A DNA stretch of 43,058 nt, from positions 1 through 43,058 of the forward strand of contig DASVWP010000280.1 in NCBI GenBank assembly GCA_036393155.1. The letters are read 5' to 3'. The translations under genes were made by a program, and so were the position numbers. Position 1 is the stretch's first letter, and every line of letters starts with the position of its first letter. Source of the DNA: Solirubrobacterales bacterium. Its GTDB lineage: Bacteria > Actinomycetota > Thermoleophilia > Solirubrobacterales > 70-9. Below the pieces are notes generated by a model. That model did no database searches, was not told the DNA's origin, and saw only the letters and a list, made by a program, of their open reading frames with translations. Positions 33,483-41,903 of this stretch are shown here, in pieces.

Positions 33483-33518
33483 CGCTCCTTCTCTCAGTGG
33501 GTAGGGTTGCAGCCTCGC

Positions 33519-34595
33519 ATGGAGCCCTTGAAGGGACTGATTCTCTCCGGCGGCGCAGGCACGCGGCTTCGTCCGATCACCCACACCTCGGCGAAGCAGC
33601 TCGTTCCCGTGGCCAACAAACCCGTTCTCTTCTACGGGATCGAGGCGCTGGTCGACGCCGGGGTCGAGGAGATCGGGATCATCATCGCGCCTGAGACCGG
33701 TGAGGAGATCCGCGCCGCCGCCGGCGACGGCTCGCGCTTCGGCGCCCGCATCACCTACATCGTCCAAGACCGCCCGGCCGGGCTCGCCCACGCGGTGCTG
33801 ACCGCGGAGGAGTTCATCGGCGGCTCGCCGTTCGTCATGTACCTGGGCGACAACCTGCTGCGCGACGGCCTGCGCGGCCTCGTCTCGACCTTCCGGGCCG
33901 AGGAGCCCGACGCGCTGATTCTCCTCACCCCCGTCGAGGAGCCCCAGCACTACGGGGTCGCCGAGCTCGACGGCGAGCGGATCGTGCGGCTGATCGAGAA
34001 GCCCAAAGACCCGCCCTCCAACCTCGCCCTGGTCGGCGTCTACCTCTTCCAGCCGGCGATCTTCGACGCCGCCCGGGCGCTCGAGCCCTCCTGGCGCGGC
34101 GAGCTGGAGATCACCGAGGCGATCCAGAGCCTGATCGACGACGGCCACCGCGTGCAGTCGGAGATCGTGCGCGGCTGGTGGAAGGACACCGGCCAGCTCG
34201 CCGACATGCTCGACGCCAACCGGCTGGTCCTCGAGGAGATCGAGACCGAGCTGGCGGGCGACGTCGACGAGGGCTCGCGGGTCGAGGGCCGGGTCGTGCT
34301 CGAGGCGGGCGCCTCGCTGGTGCGCTCGGTCATCCGCGGCCCGGCGGTGATCGGCGCCGGCGCCTGCATCGAAGACGCCTACGTCGGTCCCTACACCTCG
34401 ATCGGCGAGAACGTCCAGGTGCGCCGCTCGGAGGTCGAGCACTCGATCGTCCTCGCCGGCTCGGTGGTCGAGGACCTCGGCACGCGGATGGAGGCCAGCC
34501 TCCTGGGCCGCGAAGTGAAGCTGACCCGCAGCAGCGGCATGCCGAAGACGCTGCGCCTGCTGGTCGGCGACAAGTGCGAGATCGAAATCGTCTAG
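33519..34595 (+). CDS. rmlA: Glucose-1-phosphate thymidylyltransferase, long form with C-terminal left-handed beta-helix
   Basis: Motifs are GLILSGGAGTRLRPIT, YLGDN, YGVAE and a hexapeptide-repeat tail. ATG 33519 lies in ORF 32763..34595. A TAGGGT box lies 11 nt upstream. Confidence 0.9.
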   Translation: MEPLKGLILSGGAGTRLRPITHTSAKQLVPVANKPVLFYGIEALVDAGVEEIGIIIAPETGEEIRAAAGDGSRFGARITYIVQDRPAGLAHAVLTAEEFIGGSPFVMYLGDNLLRDGLRGLVSTFRAEEPDALILLTPVEEPQHYGVAELDGERIVRLIEKPKDPPSNLALVGVYLFQPAIFDAARALEPSWRGELEITEAIQSLIDDGHRVQSEIVRGWWKDTGQLADMLDANRLVLEEIETELAGDVDEGSRVEGRVVLEAGASLVRSVIRGPAVIGAGACIEDAYVGPYTSIGENVQVRRSEVEHSIVLAGSVVEDLGTRMEASLLGREVKLTRSSGMPKTLRLLVGDKCEIEIV

Positions 34596-34608
34596 TGGGG
34601 GTCATGGC

Positions 34609-35460
34609 ATGAAGCTGCTGATCGCCGGAGCGGGCGGGATGCTGGGGCGCGACGTCGTCCTCGCGGCCGGCAACGCCGGCCACGACGTGGTCGGCTTCGG
34701 CCACGCCGAGCTCGACGTCACCGACCCGGCGGCGCTGGAGCGCAAGTTCGACCTCGAGCGCCCCGACGTGGTGATCAACTGCGCCGCCTGGACCGACGTC
34801 GACGGTGCCGAGGAGTCCGAGGAGGCGGCCTTCGCGATCAACGGCACCGGTGCCGGGAACGTCGCCGCCGCCGCGGCGGAGGCCGGCGCCAGCGTCGTCT
34901 TCATCTCCACCGACTACGTCTTCGACGGCGGCAAGGGCTCCCCGTACGTCGAGTCCGACCAGCCGGCGCCGCTCTCCGCCTACGGCCGCACCAAGCTGGC
35001 CGGTGAGGAGGCGACCGCGGCGGCCAACAAGCGCCACTTCGTCGTCCGCTCCTCCTGGCTGTTCGGGATCGGCGGCGGCAACTTCGTGGAGACGATGCTG
35101 CGGCTCGCCGACAGCCAGAACGAGGTCCTGGTGGTTCGCGACCAGGTCGGCTCGCCGACCTACACCTGGCACCTCGCCTACGGGGTGGTGCGGCTGATCG
35201 AGGGGATGGAGTACGGGATCCACCACATGGCGGCCGGCGGCCACTGCTCCTGGTACGACTTCGCCCGCGAGATCTTCGAGCAGGCCCAGGTCGAGTGCAA
35301 AGTCCTCTCGGGGACGACCGAGATGCTCGGCCGCCCGGCCCCGCGGCCGGCCTTCTCGGCCCTGGAGAGCCAGCGCGAGCACGCGATCCTCCTGCCTCCC
35401 TGGCAGGACGGCCTGGCGGGGTACCTGGCCCAACGACAAGCGGAGAGGGAGGGAGGATGA
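34609..35460 (+). CDS. rmlD: dTDP-4-dehydrorhamnose reductase
   Basis: Motifs are MKLLIAGAGGMLG, NCAAWTDVD, STDYVFDG and YGRTKLAGE. Confidence 0.9.
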   Translation: MKLLIAGAGGMLGRDVVLAAGNAGHDVVGFGHAELDVTDPAALERKFDLERPDVVINCAAWTDVDGAEESEEAAFAINGTGAGNVAAAAAEAGASVVFISTDYVFDGGKGSPYVESDQPAPLSAYGRTKLAGEEATAAANKRHFVVRSSWLFGIGGGNFVETMLRLADSQNEVLVVRDQVGSPTYTWHLAYGVVRLIEGMEYGIHHMAAGGHCSWYDFAREIFEQAQVECKVLSGTTEMLGRPAPRPAFSALESQREHAILLPPWQDGLAGYLAQRQAEREGG

Positions 35461-36440
35461 AGATCCTCGTCACCGGCGCCGCCGGTTTCATCGGTTCCAC
35501 CTACGTGCGCCTGGTCGGCTCCGAGCACGACGTCGTCGTGCTCGACAAGCTCACCTACGCCGGCCGGCGCGAGAACCTGCCCGAGGGCACGCCGCTGGTG
35601 GTCGGCGCGATCGAGGACCCGGCGGCGGTGCGCGAAGCGATGCAGGGCGTCGACGCGGTGGTCAACTTCGCCGCCGAGTCCCACGTCGACCGCTCGATCG
35701 AGGACCAGAACGCCTTCGCCCGCACCCACGTGATCGGCACCGGGACGCTGCTGGACGCCGCCCGCGAGCTCGGCGTCGAGCGCTACCTGCAGGTCTCCAC
35801 CGACGAGGTCTACGGCTCGATCGAGTCCGGCTCGTTCACCGAGACCTCGCCCCTGGACCCCTCCTCGCCCTACTCGGCGACCAAGGCCGCCGGCGACCTG
35901 CTGGTCGCCGCGCACGTCCACACCTACGGCATCGACGCCTCGATCGTCCGCGGCTCCAACAACTACGGCCCGCGCCAGTACCCCGAGAAGCTGATCCCGC
36001 TGATGGTGCTGAACGCCCTGCACGGCGACCCGCTGCCGGTCTACGGCGACGGCCGCCAGGTCCGCAACTGGCTCTTCGTCGAGGACTTCTGCCGCGGCAT
36101 CCACACCGTGCTGGCGAAGGGGAAGGCCGGCGAGGCCTACAACGTCGGCGGCCCCGAGGAGTGCGAGAACATCGAGGTCGTCAAGCGGGTTATCGAGCTG
36201 ACCGGGGGGGACGAGTCGCTGATCGAGTACGTCACCGACCGGCCCGGCCACGACCGCCGCTACTCGCTCTCCTCGGCGAAGCTGAAGGAGGAACTCGGCT
36301 GGGAGGCCGAGGTCCACTTCGACGAGGGCCTGGAGAAGACCGTGCGGTGGTACCGCGACAACGAGGAGTGGTGGGGGCCGATCCGCTCCGGCGAGTACCG
36401 CGAGTACTACGAGAAGCAGTACGGGAAGGCGCTGCGCTAG
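35457..36440 (+). CDS. rmlB: dTDP-glucose 4,6-dehydratase
   Basis: ATG 35457 overlaps the rmlD stop (ATGA). Motifs are ILVTGAAGFIGS, STDEVYG, YSATKAAGD and HDRRYS. Confidence 0.9.
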   Translation: MKILVTGAAGFIGSTYVRLVGSEHDVVVLDKLTYAGRRENLPEGTPLVVGAIEDPAAVREAMQGVDAVVNFAAESHVDRSIEDQNAFARTHVIGTGTLLDAARELGVERYLQVSTDEVYGSIESGSFTETSPLDPSSPYSATKAAGDLLVAAHVHTYGIDASIVRGSNNYGPRQYPEKLIPLMVLNALHGDPLPVYGDGRQVRNWLFVEDFCRGIHTVLAKGKAGEAYNVGGPEECENIEVVKRVIELTGGDESLIEYVTDRPGHDRRYSLSSAKLKEELGWEAEVHFDEGLEKTVRWYRDNEEWWGPIRSGEYREYYEKQYGKALR

Positions 36441-36994
36441 TGCCGGAGCGCCTGCCGACCCGGATCGAGGGGCTCGTCCTGCTGGAGCCTGTCGTCCACG
36501 GCGACGAGCGCGGCTTCATGGTCGAGACGTTCAGCCGCGAGCAGTGGGCGGAGCTGGGGGTGGACCTCCCGTTCGTCCAGCACAACCACTCGCGCTCGCG
36601 CCGCGGCACCCTGCGCGGGATCCACTTCCAGACCGAGCCGGGGCAGGCGAAGCTCGTCCGCTGCGCCCGCGGCGAGGTCCTCGACGTCGCCGTCGACCTG
36701 CGCCGCGGCTCGCCGACCTTCGGCCAGTGGGAAGCCCAGGTCCTCGACGACGTCCGCCACCGCCAGTTCTTCGTTCCCGTCGGCTTCGGCCACGGCTTCG
36801 TCGTCCTCAGCGAGACCGCCGACTTCTGCTACCAGGTGTCGAGCCTCTACGACCCCGAGACCGAGTCGGGGATCGCCTGGGACGACCCCGACGTCGGGGT
36901 CGACTGGCGGGTTGCCGAGCCGCTGCTCTCCGAGCGCGACAAGCAGGCCCCGCGCCTCGCCGAGGTCGCCGACTCGCTGCCCTTCGCCGTCTAG
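36440..36994 (+). CDS. rmlC: dTDP-4-dehydrorhamnose 3,5-epimerase
   Basis: GTG 36440 overlaps the rmlB TAG by 1 nt. The cupin motifs are DERGFM, RGIHFQ, GFGHGF and the conserved Tyr in FCYQVSSLY. Confidence 0.9.
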   Translation: MPERLPTRIEGLVLLEPVVHGDERGFMVETFSREQWAELGVDLPFVQHNHSRSRRGTLRGIHFQTEPGQAKLVRCARGEVLDVAVDLRRGSPTFGQWEAQVLDDVRHRQFFVPVGFGHGFVVLSETADFCYQVSSLYDPETESGIAWDDPDVGVDWRVAEPLLSERDKQAPRLAEVADSLPFAV

Positions 36995-37872
36995 CGTCGC
37001 CGGCCGGCCGCGGTGATCGCCAGGCTGACCGCCAGCTTGGCGCCGATCCCTGCGTAGACCGCGGCGTTCAGCAGGGGGTTCGCCCCCGGTGCCTCGAAGC
37101 GGCGGTAGAAGCGACCCATGCCGCGGTGGAAGGCGACCTCCTGGCGCGGCCGGCGGCGCGCCCCGCTGGATGCCCCCTTGACGTGCAGGGCCACCCCGGC
37201 CGGCTCGTAGAAGACCTTCCAGCCGGCGTCCCAGAAGCGGTGGCACCAGTCGAGGTCCTCCATGTAGAGCCAGTAGCCCTCGTCGAGCAGGCCGACGTCG
37301 CGCACCGCCTCGGCGCGGCAGAGCATGAAGGCGCCGTTGACCGCGTCGACCTCTCCCGGCTCCTCGTCGCCGAGGTGGGTCGCCCGGTACTGGCTCAGCG
37401 AGTCCGCGGCGCCGGCGCCGCGGCCGACCCCGGTGAAGTGGGCGAGGGCGCTCAGCGGCGTGGGGAAGGAGCGCTTGCAGGCGTGGTCCAGCTCGCCGCT
37501 CTCGGTCACCAGCTTGCAGCCGACCATGCCGATGCGCGGCTCCGACCACAGCCGCGCCAGCACCGCGTCGAGGGTCCCGGCATAGACCTCGGTGTCGGGG
37601 TTGAGGAGCAGCACCGCCGGGGCCTCGCTCTCGCGCAGCACGAGGTTGTTGGCGGCCGAGAAGCCGACGTTGCCGCGGCGCAGCAGCCGCGCCGCGGCGA
37701 ACTCGCGCTCGACCATGTCCGGGGTGCCGTCCGGGCTGCCGCTGTCGACCACCGTCACCCGCATCGAGCCGGCGCTCGGGGGATGCTCGGCGAGCGAGTG
37801 CAGGCAGCGCCGCAGCAGCCCTTCGGCCCCGTGGCTGACGATCACGACCTCGAGGTCGGGGGCGGGCGGCAT
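36991..37872 (-). CDS. GT2 glycosyltransferase (WbbL-like)
   Basis: Motifs are VVIVSHG, VVDSGSPDGT, NVGFSAANN, LNPDT and YMEDLDWCHR. Its stop overlaps the rmlC stop (CTAG at 36991-36994). Confidence 0.8.
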   Translation of the reverse strand: MPPAPDLEVVIVSHGAEGLLRRCLHSLAEHPPSAGSMRVTVVDSGSPDGTPDMVEREFAAARLLRRGNVGFSAANNLVLRESEAPAVLLLNPDTEVYAGTLDAVLARLWSEPRIGMVGCKLVTESGELDHACKRSFPTPLSALAHFTGVGRGAGAADSLSQYRATHLGDEEPGEVDAVNGAFMLCRAEAVRDVGLLDEGYWLYMEDLDWCHRFWDAGWKVFYEPAGVALHVKGASSGARRRPRQEVAFHRGMGRFYRRFEAPGANPLLNAAVYAGIGAKLAVSLAITAAGRRR

Positions 37873-37881
37873 CGTCGGCGG

Positions 37882-39381
37882 CTAGTAGGCGCCGTTGCCG
37901 CGGAAGATCGCCTGCGGCGTGCGGATCAGGATCGAGAGGTCGGTGAGCAGCGAGAGGTTGTCGAGGTAGTCGCGCTCCATCGCCAGCCGCTCCTCGAAGG
38001 TCAGGTCGCTGCGCCCGTAGACCTGCATCGGCCCGGTCACTCCCGGCTTCACCGCCAGCCGCGTGCGCTGGCGCTCGTCGTACAGGGCGACCACGCTCTC
38101 CTCCTCGGGCCGCGGGCCGACCAGCGACATCTGGCCGCGCAGGACGTTGATCAGCTGCGGCAGCTCGTCGAGGCTGGTCCGGCGCAGCCAGCGGCCGGTC
38201 CGGGTGACCCGCGGGTCGTCGGGGATCTTGAAGGCGGGCTGCTCGAGCGCCGCCAGGTCGACCAGGTCGGCAAGCCGCTCCTCGGCGTCGGCGACCATGG
38301 TGCGGAACTTCAGCATCGTGAATGGCTCGCCTTCCTGGCCGGCGCGGCGCTGGCGGAAGAGGACCGGCCGGCCGGTGTCGAGGAGGATCGCCAGGGCGAT
38401 CGCCGCCAGCAGCGGCGAGAGCACGACCAGCACGAAGGCGGCGACCACCACGTCCATCCCGCGCTTCAGCGCCTGCGTCGAGCGCGGCGGGTCGCTGAAG
38501 CGGAAGTCGAGGACCGGCAGCTCGGCCAGCCGGTTGAGCTCGATCCCCGGCCCGAGCAGCCCGTAGTGCTGGGGCAGGAAGGTCAGAGCCAGGCCCTCCG
38601 CCTTGCACTGCTCGATCAGCCGCTCGGCGGCCATCTCGCTCATCTCCTGTTCGGTGACCACGACGCGCTCGATCTCGTATTCGCGGGCGACCTGCGAGAT
38701 GTCGGCGATCGAGCCCAGGCGCGGCAGCTCCTTGCCCCCGTCGGCCTTGTCGGAGAGATAGCCGACCAGTCCGAGCCGCGTCTCGGGGTGCGTGGAGACC
38801 CGGCGGGCGACGACGTCGGCCGCCGCTCCCGGGCCGACCACCACGCCGAGGGCGACGGGGGTCAGCCGGTGCCACAGGAACCGCACCGTCCCCCGCAGCA
38901 CGACGCTGCCGAAAAGGGTCCCGACCCCCAGCGCGATCGCGCTCGCCGGCGACAGCGGGCCGACCGGGCTGAGCGCCAGCAGACCGTCCAGGGCCAGGGT
39001 GCCGAGGACGGCGGCGGAGACCAGCGAGGCGAGCTCGTCGAGCGTGCTGTGGCGGATCCGCCGGTGGTCCTTGTCGTAGAGGCCGTTCAGCTTCACGACG
39101 AGGATCCAGACCGGGCTGAAGAGGACCGCCCAGAAGAGCGTCGCGATGTCGGTGCTGGAGGTCGCCGCGGTGATGGCGCAAAGCGACACGCACAGGGCGG
39201 TCCAGTCGCCGAACGCGAGAAGCCGGCGCAGCAGGGCGCCGCGCCGCCGCGACTCGCTGGCCCCGGGCGCGGGCGTCATCGGAGCCCGTGAGCCGCGATC
39301 GGCGGCCGGCCGCCCGGCCGCCGGAGCGCTCACCCGCTCCTCGGTCGCCTTGCTCCGTGCGGTGTCGGAGATCCGGCTCAT
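37882..39381 (-). CDS. Polyprenyl-phosphate glycosyl-1-phosphate transferase (WbaP/WsaP/CpsE-type bacterial sugar transferase), pathway initiator
   Basis: This is the C-terminal 499 aa of track ORF 37882..41316. It has N-terminal helices, a central Rossmann-like segment and a C-terminal catalytic domain (KRGMDVV, FKFRTM-like MLKFRTM, DELPQLINVLRGQMSLVGPRPE). ATG 39381 overlaps the upstream stop (ATGA). Confidence 0.85.
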   Translation of the reverse strand: MSRISDTARSKATEERVSAPAAGRPAADRGSRAPMTPAPGASESRRRGALLRRLLAFGDWTALCVSLCAITAATSSTDIATLFWAVLFSPVWILVVKLNGLYDKDHRRIRHSTLDELASLVSAAVLGTLALDGLLALSPVGPLSPASAIALGVGTLFGSVVLRGTVRFLWHRLTPVALGVVVGPGAAADVVARRVSTHPETRLGLVGYLSDKADGGKELPRLGSIADISQVAREYEIERVVVTEQEMSEMAAERLIEQCKAEGLALTFLPQHYGLLGPGIELNRLAELPVLDFRFSDPPRSTQALKRGMDVVVAAFVLVVLSPLLAAIALAILLDTGRPVLFRQRRAGQEGEPFTMLKFRTMVADAEERLADLVDLAALEQPAFKIPDDPRVTRTGRWLRRTSLDELPQLINVLRGQMSLVGPRPEEESVVALYDERQRTRLAVKPGVTGPMQVYGRSDLTFEERLAMERDYLDNLSLLTDLSILIRTPQAIFRGNGAY

Positions 39382-41396
39382 CGGCAGGCTTCCGGCCCTT
39401 CTTCGATACAGGCTTCGCGCGGGTTCAGGCGCAGGGCTTCCCGCAGGTCCGCCCGCGCGGCGGATTCGTTGCCGGCTTCGTGCTCGATCCGCGCCCGCAG
39501 GTAATAGAGAAGCCAGTTGCCTTCCTCGCGTTCGATCGCCTTGCCCATCATTTCCGAGGCGGTGGCGAATTCGCCCTGGCCCTCGTACAGCAGCCCCAGC
39601 TGGACGTACGGCGAGGCCGCCCAGGGCTCGATCGAGCGGGCGGTCTTCGCGTGTTCGATCGCCGAGGCCACGTTGCCGTCGGCGCTCGCCGTCTGGCTGG
39701 CGTCGAGCTCGTGGTGGACCAGAAGCGGTCCGATCAGCGCCAGGGCGGCGATCCAGGCGACCGCCAGGCCGGCGATCGCGATGCCGTAGCGCCGCCGCTC
39801 GCCGCGCCCGTTGCCCTCCACCCGCAGTTGGGCCAGCTGCCCGCAGCGCGCCGCGACCAGGACGGCGGCGGCGAGGAAGAAGACCGCCCCGAGCCCGGCG
39901 ATCGCCCAGAACCAGTCGATCGCCGCGCCGACCGCGAAGGCCAGGCAGGCGGCGAGCAGGGCGGCGTAGAGCTCCCGGCGGGCCCCGCTCGCCGCGCGCC
40001 AGGCCGCGAAGCCGGTCCACAGCAGGAACAGCACCAGGCCGAGCACCAGCAGACCGCCGATCGTCCCCAGCTCTGCGAAAGCCTGCAGGTAGAGCGAGTG
40101 GGCTTCGAGGACCGGCATCGTGGTGTGCCGCAGCTGATCCCAGGCGAAGCGGTAGGTGCCGGCACCCTTGCCGGCCACCGGGTCTTCGGCGAAGGCGTCG
40201 AGGGCGACGCGCCAGAATTCGCTGCGGCCGGAGCCGGAGAGCTGCCCGAAGTGCTGCTGGGGCTGGCTCGGCAGCTGCACGTCGGAGCTGCTGAACTGGT
40301 GCCAGGCGCGGCCGCCGACCGCGATCGCCGCGCCGATCGCCAGCAGCGCCGCGACCAGGGCGAGTGCCCGCAGGACGCGGCGGTCGCGGGAGAGCGCCAG
40401 CGCCCGCCCGGTGAGCGCGCCGCCTCGCGCCTCCAGTCGCCGCAGGCCGGCCCAGAGAGCCAGCGAGAGGGCGATCCCGGCGAGGAGCAGCAGGAGGACC
40501 GTCGCGCCCTGGCCGGCGATCGACGGGTTGTCGAAGTTGTTGGCGATCGTGTCGTGGGCCTGGACCGACAGCACCGCCGGCACCGCCCCGACCGCCCCGA
40601 CCGCCAGCGTTCCCAGGAGCAAGAGCCGGTCGGGCGAGAGGGCCAGCAGGCAGAGGCCGGCGACCAGCAGGGCCAGCAGGCCGCCACGCGAGTAGGTGAA
40701 GTAGAGGGCGAGCAGCAGCGCCGGCAGCGAGGCGACCGCGAGCCAGCGCAGGGAGGCGTTCAGCGAGCGCCGGCTGAGCCAGAGCGAGAGCACCGTGCCG
40801 ATCCCGAAGGCGACCCCGTCGGCGTTCCAGTATCCGAGGGGGTAGCCGAGCCGGGAATTGCTCCCCGGGCCGTCTCCCAGAGCGAACACGTGGGGCAGCA
40901 GCCGGCTGGTCAGGGCCAGGATCGCGACGCCGATCAGCGAAATTGCGATGCCTTCGGCGAAACGTTGGCGCCTTTGGTCGGTTTGGGCGATCAGAAACGC
41001 GGCAACGAAGAACCCGAGGTAGACCAGCACACGGTCGGCTTCGATCACGCTCAGCTCGACAGACCCGGACCAAAGAGATGAGGATGCGGAAAAAAGCGCT
41101 AGTGCCCCGATCAGCCCAACCGCCCAGTAGAAAGGCCTCCCGAGCGTCGCTCGGCCGCCGAGGCCGAGGGCGAGCATGCCAACCAGGATCAGCCATACGG
41201 CCAGGCCGGCGACGTGCCGAGATCCCAGCGCAAAGCCACCTCCGCCCAGCGCGAGGCCAAGGATCAAGAGTGGCGGACCTATCAGCGCCGCTGATTCCTC
41301 TAACCTTGCCCGCCATGCATCGGACCCGCCACCCACGTGCCCGGAGCTCGGCCCTGCGCGCCGTCTCGCTTCTCTCAATGCTTGCTGTGCTGGCAT
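39378..41396 (-). CDS. O-antigen ligase family (Wzy_C domain) polytopic membrane protein fused to a C-terminal TPR domain
   Basis: The Wzy_C-like core carries FTYSRGGLLALLVAG and GKGAGTY...EAHSLYLQAFAELG. TPR-like repeats occupy the last 105 aa or so (about 39381-39700). The start is uncertain: ATG 41396 or GTG 41336, and the track start at 41465 is a TTG. Every candidate start overlaps the divergent gene that starts at 41315. Confidence 0.7.
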   Translation of the reverse strand: MPAQQALREARRRAGPSSGHVGGGSDAWRARLEESAALIGPPLLILGLALGGGGFALGSRHVAGLAVWLILVGMLALGLGGRATLGRPFYWAVGLIGALALFSASSSLWSGSVELSVIEADRVLVYLGFFVAAFLIAQTDQRRQRFAEGIAISLIGVAILALTSRLLPHVFALGDGPGSNSRLGYPLGYWNADGVAFGIGTVLSLWLSRRSLNASLRWLAVASLPALLLALYFTYSRGGLLALLVAGLCLLALSPDRLLLLGTLAVGAVGAVPAVLSVQAHDTIANNFDNPSIAGQGATVLLLLLAGIALSLALWAGLRRLEARGGALTGRALALSRDRRVLRALALVAALLAIGAAIAVGGRAWHQFSSSDVQLPSQPQQHFGQLSGSGRSEFWRVALDAFAEDPVAGKGAGTYRFAWDQLRHTTMPVLEAHSLYLQAFAELGTIGGLLVLGLVLFLLWTGFAAWRAASGARRELYAALLAACLAFAVGAAIDWFWAIAGLGAVFFLAAAVLVAARCGQLAQLRVEGNGRGERRRYGIAIAGLAVAWIAALALIGPLLVHHELDASQTASADGNVASAIEHAKTARSIEPWAASPYVQLGLLYEGQGEFATASEMMGKAIEREEGNWLLYYLRARIEHEAGNESAARADLREALRLNPREACIEEGPEACR
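41301..41306 (+). promoter_or_regulatory. -10-like TAACCT hexamer 8 nt upstream of ATG 41315
   Basis: It matches TANNNT with the spacing seen at other first genes in the window. Confidence 0.4.
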
Positions 41397-41872
41397 TCGC
41401 TTTCTTTCCTGGGTTTGCTCAGGCCGAAGAAGCGACCGGCATCCAGTACGAACCTGAAGTACCAACCGTTCCCGGGAAGCAAAGGATCCCTACGAAGGAA
41501 AAGAAGTCGAATTCCGGGGGATCGGAAGCGAGCAGCTCCAACGCTCCGGGCGGTGGCTCCGGCGGAGGGAACACTCCGGGATCAGGCGGCAAGTCCAATA
41601 CCGGCCAGAGTAGCCAAGGAAGCGGCTCCGGCGGTACGCAGACGGGCTCCGGTGGCCAGAATTCAGGCCAGAGCTCGTCCGGCGGGGGGGTCGGCAGCGG
41701 GACCAAGGTCGCGACGGGGGCCCCGGCCAGCCACTCCTCGGGGGGTTCTTCCTCGCCGCTGGTGCCGATCCTGATCGCGGTGGCCGCCCTGGCGGCGATC
41801 TCGATCGGCGCGGTCGTCTACCGGCAGCGGCGCGGCCGCGACGACTCGTTCTCGCCCAACAAGGCGAGCTGA
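41315..41872 (+). CDS. Ser/Gly/Thr-rich mucin-like type I membrane protein (signal peptide, low-complexity stalk of about 83 aa, C-terminal TM anchor)
   Basis: This is the in-frame part of ORF 40943..41872. The signal-like N-terminus ends AFFPGFAQA. The low-complexity region spans about 41507-41755 (SNSGGSEASSSNAPGGGSGGGNTPGSGG...). The TM helix is LVPILIAVAALAAISIGAVVY, followed by the basic tail RQRRGRDD. Confidence 0.6.
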   Translation: MHRTRHPRARSSALRAVSLLSMLAVLAFAFFPGFAQAEEATGIQYEPEVPTVPGKQRIPTKEKKSNSGGSEASSSNAPGGGSGGGNTPGSGGKSNTGQSSQGSGSGGTQTGSGGQNSGQSSSGGGVGSGTKVATGAPASHSSGGSSSPLVPILIAVAALAAISIGAVVYRQRRGRDDSFSPNKAS

Positions 41873-41903
41873 GCCCGTGCTGAAATCGAGGAGGTACACC
41901 AAG

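Noticed and set aside
33483-34442. N-terminal 320 aa of ORF 32556..34442
   Set aside because: It is antisense to rmlA and has no GT2 features. The GT2 domain starts right after GTG 33482.
36437-39291. Two ORFs of about 915 aa (36437..39193 - and 36544..39291 +) spanning rmlC, GT2 and the sugar transferase
   Set aside because: Both are Arg/Pro/Gly/Ala-rich with no domain signatures. They cross three well-supported genes in other frames, which marks them as GC-driven artefacts.
39382-41316. N-terminal 645 aa or so of the 1144-aa track ORF 37882..41316
   Set aside because: It is an Arg/Pro/Ala/Gly shadow of the Wzy_C-TPR gene, which lies in another frame. The sugar transferase begins at ATG 39381 with an ATGA overlap to the upstream stop.
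41507-41755. Repetitive GGC/AGC/GGA-rich DNA that could be mistaken for a tandem repeat or CRISPR-like array
   Set aside because: It has no regular repeat-spacer periodicity. It is in-frame low-complexity coding sequence (Ser/Gly/Thr/Asn) inside a protein with a signal peptide and a TM anchor.
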